A stretch of DNA of 64,000 nucleotides from a virus (Duplodnaviria; Heunggongvirae; Uroviricota; Caudoviricetes): IMG/VR virus record IMGVR_UViG_3300026122_000001. The stretch is one strand, 5' to 3'. This document shows, piece after piece, positions 47,353-56,022 of this stretch. Every line of letters starts with the position of its first letter. Within the stretch, counting starts at the first letter, position 1. The position numbers and the translations under genes are program-made. The notes below the pieces were generated by a model. It was not told where the DNA came from and did not search any database. It was given only the letters and a program-made list of their open reading frames with translations.

Positions 47353-48270
47353 ATGCTACTTGAAAAGCTGGCCGCAAAAGGCCTTATCAACCCGCCAGGG
47401 TTCGTGCGAGCCAATACGCAGTATCTTACCGTGATGGGCTCTGAGGCCTACGGAGTGGCCACAGACCACTCAGACTACGATTGCTACGGATGGTGCATTC
47501 CACCCATGGACATGATCTTCCCGCATCTCCGGGGCGAGATTCCCGGCTTTGGGACACAGATTCAGCGATTCGAGAACTGGCAGAAGCACCATGTTGATGA
47601 CGCCAAGGCCTTGAATGGCCGTGGGCGTCAGTATGACTTCGCGGTCTACAGCATCGTCAAGTATTTCAACCTGTGCATGCAGAACAACCCCAATATGATC
47701 GACTCGTTGTTCGTTCCACAAGAGTGCGTGTTGTTCTCCACGGTGGTTGGCCAGATGGTACGCGAGAAACGGCACAGGTTCCTCCACAAGGGCTGCTGGC
47801 ACCGGTTTAAGGGCTATGCCTATGCCCAGATGAAGAAGGCCGGGAGCACTAAAAGAACAGGTTCGCGGAAGGAAGGTGTCGAGGAACACGGCTACGATAT
47901 CAAGTTTGCCTACCACATCATCCGACTCCTCAATGAAGTCGAACAGATTCTCACGGAAGGCGACCTGGACCTGAGACGAAACCGGGAGCAACTCAAATCG
48001 ATTCGCCGTGGTGAATGGTCCTTCGACGAAGTGAAGCAATACTTTGCCAGTACGGAAGCTCAGTTGGAGAAGGTCTACACTGACTGCAAAATCCTCCCGT
48101 TCAGCCCCAAGGACGACGGGCTGGAGGGCGACATCCATACGCTGTTGTTGAACTGCCTGGAAGAGCACTTTGGCAACATGAGTGATGCCATCGTGAGCGA
48201 GGCGGCAGCCATTCAATCGCTGAGACGCATTCAGGACGAAGCCGAACGAACGCTGGGGAGACTAAGTTGA
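47353..48270 (+). CDS. DNA polymerase beta-superfamily nucleotidyltransferase (Nuc-transf/RlaP-like)
   Basis: VMGSEAYG..TDHSDYDCYG (GS + DxD); NNPNMIDSLF; FKGYAYAQ; YDIKFAYHIIRL; SD AGGAG. Confidence 0.85.
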   Translation: MLLEKLAAKGLINPPGFVRANTQYLTVMGSEAYGVATDHSDYDCYGWCIPPMDMIFPHLRGEIPGFGTQIQRFENWQKHHVDDAKALNGRGRQYDFAVYSIVKYFNLCMQNNPNMIDSLFVPQECVLFSTVVGQMVREKRHRFLHKGCWHRFKGYAYAQMKKAGSTKRTGSRKEGVEEHGYDIKFAYHIIRLLNEVEQILTEGDLDLRRNREQLKSIRRGEWSFDEVKQYFASTEAQLEKVYTDCKILPFSPKDDGLEGDIHTLLLNCLEEHFGNMSDAIVSEAAAIQSLRRIQDEAERTLGRLS

Positions 48271-48521
48271 GTGAACCACGAATACTGACACTGTTGGAGA
48301 CTCTGACTTTCATACCGGCGAGGCCAAAGGGCGGTCACCATACCCATGCCAAGCTTCTGGGCGGTTGGGCGGCTGTCTGTGGATACGCGACTTCGTCTCC
48401 GAATGCCTTCCGGATGCGGCCACGGGGCGGGTGGACACTGAACCCCGCAAATACACCCATCACTTGCCCCAACTGTTTGGCAAAACTGGCAAAGTTGCAG
48501 AAACCGAAGGATTCGTCTTGA
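48267..48521 (+). CDS. Hypothetical protein with H...C...CPNC (possible zinc site)
   Basis: GTGA overlap; ITCPNCL. Confidence 0.55.
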   Translation: MSEPRILTLLETLTFIPARPKGGHHTHAKLLGGWAAVCGYATSSPNAFRMRPRGGWTLNPANTPITCPNCLAKLAKLQKPKDSS

Positions 48522-48546
48522 CAAATGTGGCCTGGCCTGCTAAGGT
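48518..48546 (+). promoter_or_regulatory. sigma70 promoter
   Basis: TTGACA-17 nt-TAAGGT with TG extension. Confidence 0.65.
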
Positions 48547-48591
48547 ACAGGTTATGGTCGTTGATAATTGTTAGCTCTGAGGACCTTAGGC

Positions 48592-48762
48592 ATGGAAATT
48601 ACCTACCAAGAGGCCTACTGCATCGTCGAGATGGTCAGTGAAATGTGGTTCGGAACCTCCGAGGGGTTGCCGCAAGCCCATATGAAGCTGGCCCAGGATA
48701 TTCTTGGCTGGTTTCCAGACTTAGCGGACGTATTCCAACCACTATTTTTGAGTCTGCAATAA
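48592..48762 (+). CDS. Hypothetical protein
   Basis: MEITYQEAY; TAATG coupling to next gene. Confidence 0.45.
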   Translation: MEITYQEAYCIVEMVSEMWFGTSEGLPQAHMKLAQDILGWFPDLADVFQPLFLSLQ

Positions 48763-49139
48763 TGTCTGCGACAATGCAGGTACGCGCTATCGCCTTTTCT
48801 GTACTGGATGGCCAGATTGTTGATGTGCCGGTGTGGGTGGTGGACTTTTGGCGATTTACTACCATTGTTGGAGACGAGGGGCTGAGTTATTATCTCCGAA
48901 GCGGGTACCATAGCGAAACGGTTCGCGTCTATCTGGGGCTGTGGGATTCCGAACATGCGATTTTACGCGACTTTGCCAGGCTGCTTCGTGAGTTGACCGT
49001 TTCCCGGTCAGATTTAGACACCAATGGGTGGCTGTATGATGACTTGTTTATGGAATACCTGCGGACCCTGGAACTCCGCATACTACAATTCAATGTTGAA
49101 GAACTCTGTTCTGCTATTTTGGAGCACCTTGGGCTGTGA
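48762..49139 (+). CDS. Hypothetical protein
   Basis: Start at TAATG; GTGA overlap with the desulfurase. Confidence 0.55.
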   Translation: MSATMQVRAIAFSVLDGQIVDVPVWVVDFWRFTTIVGDEGLSYYLRSGYHSETVRVYLGLWDSEHAILRDFARLLRELTVSRSDLDTNGWLYDDLFMEYLRTLELRILQFNVEELCSAILEHLGL

Positions 49140-50299
49140 ATAAGCGACACGAAATCTATCTGGATCATAACGCGACGACTTTTATGTCCACTGAGGCCCT
49201 TGGAGCCATGCATGCTTGCACGTTCCTTGGTAACCAGTCAAGTCGGCATCATAAGGGCGTCAAAGCTGACGGAAGATTGTCACAAGATACCAACCTCATC
49301 CGCACCATCCTGAATATCCCGGATGATGCGCGTGTGATCTTCACCAGCGGGGCCACCGAAGCCAACAATATGGCTGTCTTGGGTTTCGGTCAATGGACCA
49401 AGCTCATTCCGTGCCCGATTCTTACCTCGGCGGTAGAGCATCCCAGCGTCTTGGCTGCTGTCGACGAACTTGGAATGAATGGTTGGGACATCCATGTGAT
49501 TCCAGTTGACACCTGCGGCCGGGTGAAGCTGGATGATTTGGAATGCATACTACAACACCACGTTACTCAACCAGTGGGGGTTGTCACAGTCATGTTGGCC
49601 AACCACGAAACTGGTGTGATTCAACCCATAGAGAAGGTTGCTCGCATTTGTACTGACCACAAATGTCGGTTGCATGTGGATGCGACCCAAGCAGTGGGCA
49701 AACTGGACATAGATTTCCAGGCCATGGGCGCAACATCAATGAGCTTCAGTGCCCATAAGTTTGGTGGGCCCGTCGGCATTGGTTGTCTCGTGGTACGCGA
49801 CGAGGCAGTACATGACATAAAGCCTTTGATGTTCGGTGGTCATCATCAAGGCGGACTGCGACCCGGAACTGTACCGGTGGCTATGGTGGCTGGCATGGCG
49901 GCCGCGCTAAAGCATCGCGATGACTTTGCAGGCAGCCTTATGAGCCGGGACAGTTGGCATCGGGCTATGCTTGAGACACAGTTGGTTAATGCAGGGTTAC
50001 CCATCACGATACATGGGGAGAAAGCAGCACGGGTCCCAAACACGACCAACTTGTCCATCCGTGGAATACGCGCCACCCAGTTTGTGTCCAAGCTGAACGA
50101 CCTGAAAGTCTATTGTTCGACTGGAGCCGCTTGCTCGGCTGAAAACGAACCCTCGCCCACCTTGAGGGCCATGGGCATAGGTAAGGAAGCGGAACGCAGC
50201 GCAATACGATTCTCTGTTGGCCTCTCAACCACAGAGGCTGAGATCAAAGAGGCCTCAAAGCGTATCATCGACGTGTACGCAAACATAGACAAGGATTGA
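49136..50299 (+). CDS. iscS: Cysteine desulfurase (IscS/NifS family)
   Basis: IYLDHNATT, FTSGATEANN, EHPSV, HVDATQAVGK, SAHKFGGP (PLP Lys), RPGT, STGAACS (catalytic Cys). Confidence 0.93.
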   Translation: MNKRHEIYLDHNATTFMSTEALGAMHACTFLGNQSSRHHKGVKADGRLSQDTNLIRTILNIPDDARVIFTSGATEANNMAVLGFGQWTKLIPCPILTSAVEHPSVLAAVDELGMNGWDIHVIPVDTCGRVKLDDLECILQHHVTQPVGVVTVMLANHETGVIQPIEKVARICTDHKCRLHVDATQAVGKLDIDFQAMGATSMSFSAHKFGGPVGIGCLVVRDEAVHDIKPLMFGGHHQGGLRPGTVPVAMVAGMAAALKHRDDFAGSLMSRDSWHRAMLETQLVNAGLPITIHGEKAARVPNTTNLSIRGIRATQFVSKLNDLKVYCSTGAACSAENEPSPTLRAMGIGKEAERSAIRFSVGLSTTEAEIKEASKRIIDVYANIDKD

Positions 50300-50300
50300 C

Positions 50301-50558
50301 ATGCCACAATTGACTGACTACGAGAATTTGGTTACTACATTGCATGCCATGGGGTTCGAGGAATGGTACGGGCCCGGTGACGATACACCAGCAATGGCTT
50401 TTGTGGCCCGGTCGTTCGCAGAGGGCTGGAAAGAAGTGACCATCTCGTCAAAGGGTAAGAACTTTGATGACGACCCTGACCCGGCCCACCTCTTTCGATT
50501 CACTTTTGCATCGGGCGGGCGACTTTGTGGTTACCGCCCAATACCAATAGGGGAATAA
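50301..50558 (+). CDS. Hypothetical protein
   Basis: ORF track, operon packing, SD AAGGA. Confidence 0.55.
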   Translation: MPQLTDYENLVTTLHAMGFEEWYGPGDDTPAMAFVARSFAEGWKEVTISSKGKNFDDDPDPAHLFRFTFASGGRLCGYRPIPIGE

Positions 50559-50561
50559 ACG

Positions 50562-50882
50562 ATGAATCTCAACCAAGCCATGGAATCACTCAACAAGAAT
50601 GTTGCTTTGGATTTCAAGTATCCAGAGCACTGGGATCAATGGGCCGCACAACCATGGTATGCCAGGGTCGCCTGCTGGTGGTCGGTTGCCATCATGGTGT
50701 TCATTGGGCTTATGGTTATCCCGATGATACGTGCAGAGGGTCGTGTGACTTACTGGGGCCAACTGGGCGGTATAGTTATTTTCGTCGACATGCTTTGCGG
50801 GCGGCGTACAAAAATGACACAACTTATGGCCGCAATGCAAGTCATGTCTGCTTTTAAGAAACAGGGTGATCTCAATGCATAA
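50562..50882 (+). CDS. Hypothetical membrane protein (2 TM)
   Basis: WWSVAIMVFIGLMVIPMI and LGGIVIFVDML. Confidence 0.55.
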   Translation: MNLNQAMESLNKNVALDFKYPEHWDQWAAQPWYARVACWWSVAIMVFIGLMVIPMIRAEGRVTYWGQLGGIVIFVDMLCGRRTKMTQLMAAMQVMSAFKKQGDLNA

Positions 50883-51931
50883 CCGCTATCGGGAAGCCCG
50901 GCTGCGAGCAGAACGGCTCCTTAAAGACTTCAGGTTGGAAGACAAGGTTGCGGAGCTAAAGGCCATCGAGACAAAGATGGCCGACCCTGCAAGCTGCATG
51001 GATGTGCCGCCGTCAATGATACAACGACACGGGGAGCTAACGGCCGAATTGGCCCCCATGGGTGTATATCAAGACACAGATGGAAGCCCTGGATTGCGTC
51101 GAGCAACAACTTGAAGACTTTGCAGAAGATGTAGTGGACTTCGACCGTATCACACGAAACATGGAATTCAAAGCCGTGATGACCGGGAAGTTTGCCCGCA
51201 ACTCAGCGATTGTTACCATCCATGCGCGTGACGGCGGGACCGAGGCATGTGACTGGTGCGACATGCTGTCCTGTATGTACATGCGGTGGGCCACTGACTG
51301 CGGGTATGCTGTCGGGATACAGTCACAGGATATGAGTAAGGGTGCTGGCATTTCATCCATCAGCTTCAAGATCACGGGCTCGTATGCCTATGGCTTCCTT
51401 GAGGGCGAGAACGGTCTGCATCGGCTGGTCCGGATCAGCCCGTTCAATGCACAGGGGAAGCGACAAACCAGTTTTGCTGCGGTGCAAATAGACCCTGTCA
51501 TAAAGAAGGAAGCACAACGGCCGATTACCCAGTCTGAGTTGATTTGGGATTATTTCATTGCGCCCGGCCCTGGCGATCAACACAAGGACAAAACAGAGTC
51601 TGGTGTGCGACTTAGCCACATCCCATCGGGTGTCGTGGTTACGTGTGTCACCGATCGAAGTCAAAACACAAACAAAGCTGGAGCCATGACGCTGTTGGTG
51701 GCACGCCTAGCAAAGATACAACTGGACACTGAGGCGTTGGAGAAAGCGGCCCGCCATGGCACCAAGCCACAGGTCGGCTTTGGGTCCCAGATCAGGTCGT
51801 ACTTTCGGCACCCGAAACAACGAGTAACGGATGCACGCACTGGCCATCAAGAGACGAACTTTCAGGCCATCTTGAACGGCGACATCCAATCGTTCATTGA
51901 CGCCTACCTGATTTGGAAGGCCCAGCAATGA
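50875..51931 (+). pseudogene. prfB: Peptide chain release factor 2 homologue, split by a +1 frame change (overlap 51041-51114), with GGQ changed to GDQ
   Basis: GGTEACDW..ML..MY, HRLVRISPF (SPF motif), RQTSF, TESGVRLSHIPSG, DRSQ, GFGSQIRSY; upstream ORF 50875-51114 matches the RF2 N-terminal helices; pseudogene versus programmed frameshift unresolved. Confidence 0.8.
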
Positions 51932-52440
51932 TCGAACAGTGGCGTGATGTAGTTGGGTACGAGGGACACTATGAAGTATCCGATCTGGGTCGGGTGCGAT
52001 CAGTGGATCGAGTTATCAAGCATCCCCGAGGTGGGTCAAAACGAAAAAGCCGAATCATGCGATGTAGGTTAAACCGCCCTAACGGATACCTTAAACTGGA
52101 TTTACGTAAAGATGGGGTCCGACAACTTGTGGCTGTTCATCGACTGGTAGCGGCTGCATGGATCGGTCCTTGTCCCGATGGCCAGCAGGTTAGGCACGGT
52201 CTGGGCGGTCATTTGGACAATTCCGTTGACAACCTTTCTTATGGCACACATAGTCAGAACGAACTCGACAAACGTCGGGATGGTACCCATTCTGGCAGGG
52301 CTGTCAGACGTAGCGATGGCGTGGAATTTCCGAGTATGCGTGTGGCCGGAGAAGCGAGCGATTGCGATCACGACAACATTTGGTCTGCTTGTAACGGTCA
52401 CTCCAAAACTGCTGGCGGCTACGGTTGGGAATACGTTTAA
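51928..52440 (+). CDS. NUMOD4-HNH-NUMOD1 homing endonuclease
   Basis: EQWRDVVGYEGHYEVSDLGRVRS (NUMOD4); VHRLVAAAWIG...VRH...DNSVDNL (HNH); IWSACNG..KTAGGYGWEY. Confidence 0.9.
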   Translation: MIEQWRDVVGYEGHYEVSDLGRVRSVDRVIKHPRGGSKRKSRIMRCRLNRPNGYLKLDLRKDGVRQLVAVHRLVAAAWIGPCPDGQQVRHGLGGHLDNSVDNLSYGTHSQNELDKRRDGTHSGRAVRRSDGVEFPSMRVAGEASDCDHDNIWSACNGHSKTAGGYGWEYV

Positions 52441-52455
52441 CACAAGGAGTTTGAC

Positions 52456-53298
52456 ATGCGATCATTTCTACTGCTACTGTTGTTTCTGCTACCACTGTCG
52501 ACCAGTGCCCAAGAGATCAAGTGCAAGCACTTCTTCATGGGCGAGCCGGAGGTGGTTGGCTGGATACCACGCGATATTATCGTGCGGGACTGCTACGCCA
52601 TGCTGCCCGACCCAGAGACGAAATTTGCTGCCTGGGTCGCCTACCGGTTGACACCCCATGAAGTCATCGGCACTCTCGATCTCAAACGTAAGTGGCGGGC
52701 AGACCCTTGGCTGCCAGCAGACATGACGTTGGAGCCGGGGCCCGATGACTACAAAGGCGCATCCAAATTGAAGTATGATCGTGGGCACCTCGCCCCGCTC
52801 GGTTCCTTCAAGGGCTCCAGGTTTGCATCACAGGTGAATTACTACTCCAACATTGTCCCGCAGCAATCCCGGCTAAACCAAGGACCCTGGCGGGAGTTGG
52901 AAACTGCTGTGCGTGACCTAGTTTTACAATCCGGGGAAGTCTTTGTAATCACAGGCCCGCTGTACGAAAAAGATATGCCGCCGTTGCCGAACGCCGACGA
53001 ACCTCATATTGTTCCGTCCGGATTCTGGAAGATAATCACTGTGCCAGAGGGTTTCGGTTTGACTATTGGTGTCGGCGCACCATACGGTCCAAAAGCAGTC
53101 GGGTTTATCATGTCCCAGGATGTGGATGACTACGATTCCCTGCGGGATTTCATTGTCCCGATTCAAGAAATCGAAACCAGGGCAGAAATCCGCGTCTTCC
53201 CGGAGATGCTCGACTCTATTCGACTTATCAAGGGTGAGGTGCCTTGGTATTGGATTGACAACAAGTTCCTCAAGGGAGGCTATTACAATGCAAATTGA
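52456..53298 (+). CDS. Secreted DNA/RNA non-specific endonuclease (NucA/EndoG family)
   Basis: Signal peptide MRSFLLLLLFLLPLSTSA; YDRGHLAP; SNIVPQ..RLNQGPW; VPSGFWKII. Confidence 0.92.
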   Translation: MRSFLLLLLFLLPLSTSAQEIKCKHFFMGEPEVVGWIPRDIIVRDCYAMLPDPETKFAAWVAYRLTPHEVIGTLDLKRKWRADPWLPADMTLEPGPDDYKGASKLKYDRGHLAPLGSFKGSRFASQVNYYSNIVPQQSRLNQGPWRELETAVRDLVLQSGEVFVITGPLYEKDMPPLPNADEPHIVPSGFWKIITVPEGFGLTIGVGAPYGPKAVGFIMSQDVDDYDSLRDFIVPIQEIETRAEIRVFPEMLDSIRLIKGEVPWYWIDNKFLKGGYYNAN

Positions 53299-53419
53299 TC
53301 CCGGGGCGGCTGATAAATTCTTTGCAGGTTATGGCGAGCCAGAGCCAAAGCTTGAACCGGCAGAGCAGACTATAATCCAAACCCTAGATATGCTACGAAG
53401 ATTGGATGAACTGCAATGA
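53288..53419 (+). CDS. Small hypothetical protein (43 aa)
   Basis: SD GGAGG; ATGA coupling to next gene. Confidence 0.4.
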   Translation: MQIDPGAADKFFAGYGEPEPKLEPAEQTIIQTLDMLRRLDELQ

Positions 53420-53856
53420 GTAAAAACGAATTGAAAATCATTGAGACCGTCAAGGCACTGTATAAGCGGTACCAACGCCTAAAGGTCGCCGTTGATGCCG
53501 TTGACGCTAGCAAACACCAATTCGTTACTGACTTGGATTTGTTCATCCTGGCCACCGGCATCGCTGAGGATATCGGTCTGTCACAACGAAGCATGGTCAA
53601 ATGGACCCAGGCGTGGGAGGTCCGCCTCAGCCGGGCAGAAGTCTACGTTGAGGGCAAACAGATCGAATATGGCATCGTGGTGACACCCGAGCCCGACAAC
53701 GAGCCGGAAGCCCCACCTGAGCCAGAAGTTGAAGCCCCGCCTGAGGTTGAAGCCACACCTGAAGCCACGCCTGATCCTGAGCCAAAGGTGAAATCTGACC
53801 CGACTGTGCCACGGGACTCAACCAGCAGGAACTATGCTGACCCGTCGCCGACATGA
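53416..53856 (+). CDS. Hypothetical protein with Pro/Glu-rich tail
   Basis: PEPDNEPEAPPEPEVEAPPEVEATPEATP. Confidence 0.6.
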   Translation: MSKNELKIIETVKALYKRYQRLKVAVDAVDASKHQFVTDLDLFILATGIAEDIGLSQRSMVKWTQAWEVRLSRAEVYVEGKQIEYGIVVTPEPDNEPEAPPEPEVEAPPEVEATPEATPDPEPKVKSDPTVPRDSTSRNYADPSPT

Positions 53857-53864
53857 CCTGGGTC

Positions 53865-53933
53865 GCGTTAAAATTTCCGGCCTGATATTTTAACGCCTCC
53901 TGAACCCTTAAAATTTTGAGCCGAAAATTTTAA
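53865..53933. promoter_or_regulatory. Two adjacent AT-rich 10-bp inverted repeats (operator/origin-like)
   Basis: GCGTTAAAAT-12-ATTTTAACGC (53865-53896) and TTAAAATTTT-6-AAAATTTTAA (53908-53933). Confidence 0.55.
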
Positions 53934-53947
53934 CCTAGTGGAGCCCC

Positions 53948-54334
53948 ATGAATTACTCAGACACCCGGATTGCCGTGGAGCAGTTAGATCGCATGTTTGC
54001 CAAGACTGACGAGGACCTTCGAGCCTGTGCAGGCGGAGATAGCACCAAGCTACCGTTGTGCCGCTTTCGATACCTGGTCCGGGTTGTTACTGCAGAGGGG
54101 GCGGTACATGACTGGGAGAACGCATATGCATTCTGGCTTGATGGCTGGTTCTGCATCGTGCCCGAGCATGGGCTTGTGGAGGCATACCCCAAGGATGAAT
54201 TGCTTTGGCATGGTATCTACGAACGCATCAATGCGCCAGATCACACCGTGTATTATGGCCACAACTTTTGCCCACCGGCAGGGCCTAAACTGCATGACCC
54301 GGGAGAATCGGAAGAACCAGAACAACCGGAATAA
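53948..54334 (+). CDS. Hypothetical protein
   Basis: SD GGAG; ORF track. Confidence 0.6.
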   Translation: MNYSDTRIAVEQLDRMFAKTDEDLRACAGGDSTKLPLCRFRYLVRVVTAEGAVHDWENAYAFWLDGWFCIVPEHGLVEAYPKDELLWHGIYERINAPDHTVYYGHNFCPPAGPKLHDPGESEEPEQPE

Positions 54335-54357
54335 CCCCACCTAGTGAAGTTTACTGC

Positions 54358-54387
54358 TTGACATCACCACCCCTTACCGAGTAAACT
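54358..54387 (+). promoter_or_regulatory. sigma70 promoter
   Basis: TTGACA-18 nt-TAAACT, intergenic, just upstream of ATG 54394. Confidence 0.65.
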
Positions 54388-54393
54388 AGAAGT

Positions 54394-54582
54394 ATGTCGA
54401 ATGAACCAACCAAAGTCGTGTTCCGTTTGGAACTCAGCGTTATGACGATCCTGTTCGGATGTGTCATGTTTTCCATGGGCTGGTTTCTTTGTGACCTTTC
54501 GCCGTTTTTCCACATGCTGATCGAGTCCATAACAGAACCATACTGGTCGTCAGTACCGCCGTACCCACCACCACCCTGCTAA
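54394..54582 (+). CDS. Small membrane protein
   Basis: One TM, Pro-rich tail. Confidence 0.5.
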   Translation: MSNEPTKVVFRLELSVMTILFGCVMFSMGWFLCDLSPFFHMLIESITEPYWSSVPPYPPPPC

Positions 54583-54591
54583 GGAGCAACC

Positions 54592-55026
54592 ATGCAACGC
54601 ACTTTCATTATCATCAAGCCCGACGCTATCGAACGGGGACTGGTGGGCGAGATCATTACACGACTTGAGCGGAAGGGGCTGTCCGTGGTACGGATGGACC
54701 TTCGACGTAAGAAGGCCGACTGGTGTGCCGCCCATTATGACCAGTTTGATTTGCGGAAAGAAGAAGGCCGCGAGATTTTTCGGCGGTTGCAGCAAGCAAT
54801 GATCTACCAACCACTGATTGGGGCCGTCATTGAGGGCGAGGAAGCCATTCAAGTCGTTCGGCAGCTAGTTGGGGCCACTGATAGCCTACAAGCTGCTCCT
54901 GGCACCATTCGCGGCGACTTTGGCACTCGCCCCATCCATCGCAACCTTATTCACGCTGCCGATAGCATCGCCAATGCGGCCCGCGAGGAGGCACTGTTCT
55001 TTGCAACGACTACGGACTGGGACTGA
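54592..55026 (+). CDS. ndk: Nucleoside diphosphate kinase
   Basis: RTFIIIKPDAIERGLVGEIITRLERKG, RQLVGATD, PGTIRGDFG, RNLIHAADS; SD AAGGAG. Confidence 0.93.
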   Translation: MQRTFIIIKPDAIERGLVGEIITRLERKGLSVVRMDLRRKKADWCAAHYDQFDLRKEEGREIFRRLQQAMIYQPLIGAVIEGEEAIQVVRQLVGATDSLQAAPGTIRGDFGTRPIHRNLIHAADSIANAAREEALFFATTTDWD

Positions 55027-55278
55027 CCTACCTGCCATGCACAAACTCATGTACCTGGTGGAACATACGGTTCCCTACAAATCACGATCTACTTGGTGGA
55101 ACCCCATTGAAGGGCCAACCATGTGACGTTCTTCTTTGAGAGAGACCCCGATGACTACTTGGACTTTACGATCCTACGCAACGGGGCTTACAAAATCGTC
55201 AACGGTGGCGTACACTTAGGCACTTGGCCGCTCAGGAATCTACCTGATTTCTTTCACAATCTGTTTTTGGAGTACGGT

Positions 55279-56016
55279 ATGAAGACGCAGACCTTGACGA
55301 AACTTCTTGAACCCGCTTTCGATGCTTATCGCATGCAGATGATGCCGGGCATCGCCCATGGCATCCGTTTGAGTCTGCGATCAATCGAAGGTGTCATAAC
55401 TGAACGGGATTACAAAATGAGTCTGTCTTGGCGCGACCGGCTCAACAATGTTGCGGCCGCGTTGATGCAGAATTCTGGCCTGGACATTGTGTTTGCTTAC
55501 GTCTTCGGCAACGAAATACATCTGTTGGTTTCGGGCGATTGCAATTTCCTGCGCCGAGATGTGCAGCGAACTGTGGCCTCGCTTACCAGCTTGGCAGCAT
55601 TGACGTTCTCTCAAGGCGATGATGACCAGGGCATCTTCGACTGCCGCATTGCTGCCTTGCCCACCTGGGATTTTGTCCAGGATTACTTCAGTCATCAACG
55701 AACGAACTGCCGCGACCGGGCGATTACCATCTTGTGCGAGAACAGCATGTCGCTCACGTTCCCAGAATTGACGGCCTCCCAGGTGAGTCAGAAGACGGGT
55801 GGGATGAACCATGGCCAACGGCTGGCCTATGCCGAAGCCTACGGGACACTGCATGGTGCAGGACCCCATATGGACACCTGGTACGAATTCGGTCACATGC
55901 TTCAGCGGATGGAACCCAACCTGTCTGCCCATGTTGCAATCAGCCCATGCCCGGCTGACATTGAGGCATTCAGCATTGTGCTCGACTCAGCTTCGCAAGG
56001 CGAGTTGGTCGGCTAA
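55279..56016 (+). CDS. tRNA(His) guanylyltransferase (Thg1)-like protein with degenerate catalytic motifs
   Basis: SD GGAG before ATG 55279; IRL.., AYVFGNEIHLL, VASLTSLAA, FDCRIAALP..DFVQDYF pattern; canonical RLDG and SDE read RLSL and GNE. Confidence 0.65.
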   Translation: MKTQTLTKLLEPAFDAYRMQMMPGIAHGIRLSLRSIEGVITERDYKMSLSWRDRLNNVAAALMQNSGLDIVFAYVFGNEIHLLVSGDCNFLRRDVQRTVASLTSLAALTFSQGDDDQGIFDCRIAALPTWDFVQDYFSHQRTNCRDRAITILCENSMSLTFPELTASQVSQKTGGMNHGQRLAYAEAYGTLHGAGPHMDTWYEFGHMLQRMEPNLSAHVAISPCPADIEAFSIVLDSASQGELVG

Positions 56017-56022
56017 GATGCC

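Noticed and set aside
47470-48216. 248-aa minus-strand ORF
   Set aside because: Antisense to the nucleotidyltransferase.
50875-51931. Stop-codon reassignment implied by the phage RF2
   Set aside because: Genes are intact in code 11; TGA is used as a stop in many coupled junctions, and there is no in-frame TAG or TGA in the giant ORF.
50875-51931. PrfH or ArfB identity for the release-factor homologue
   Set aside because: SPF motif, full N-terminal domain and GSQIRSY tail indicate RF2; no adjacent rtcB.
55123-55278. GTG-initiated N-terminal extension of the Thg1-like ORF
   Set aside because: An SD-supported ATG at 55279 gives a typical Thg1-like length; the extension shows no Thg1-like pattern.
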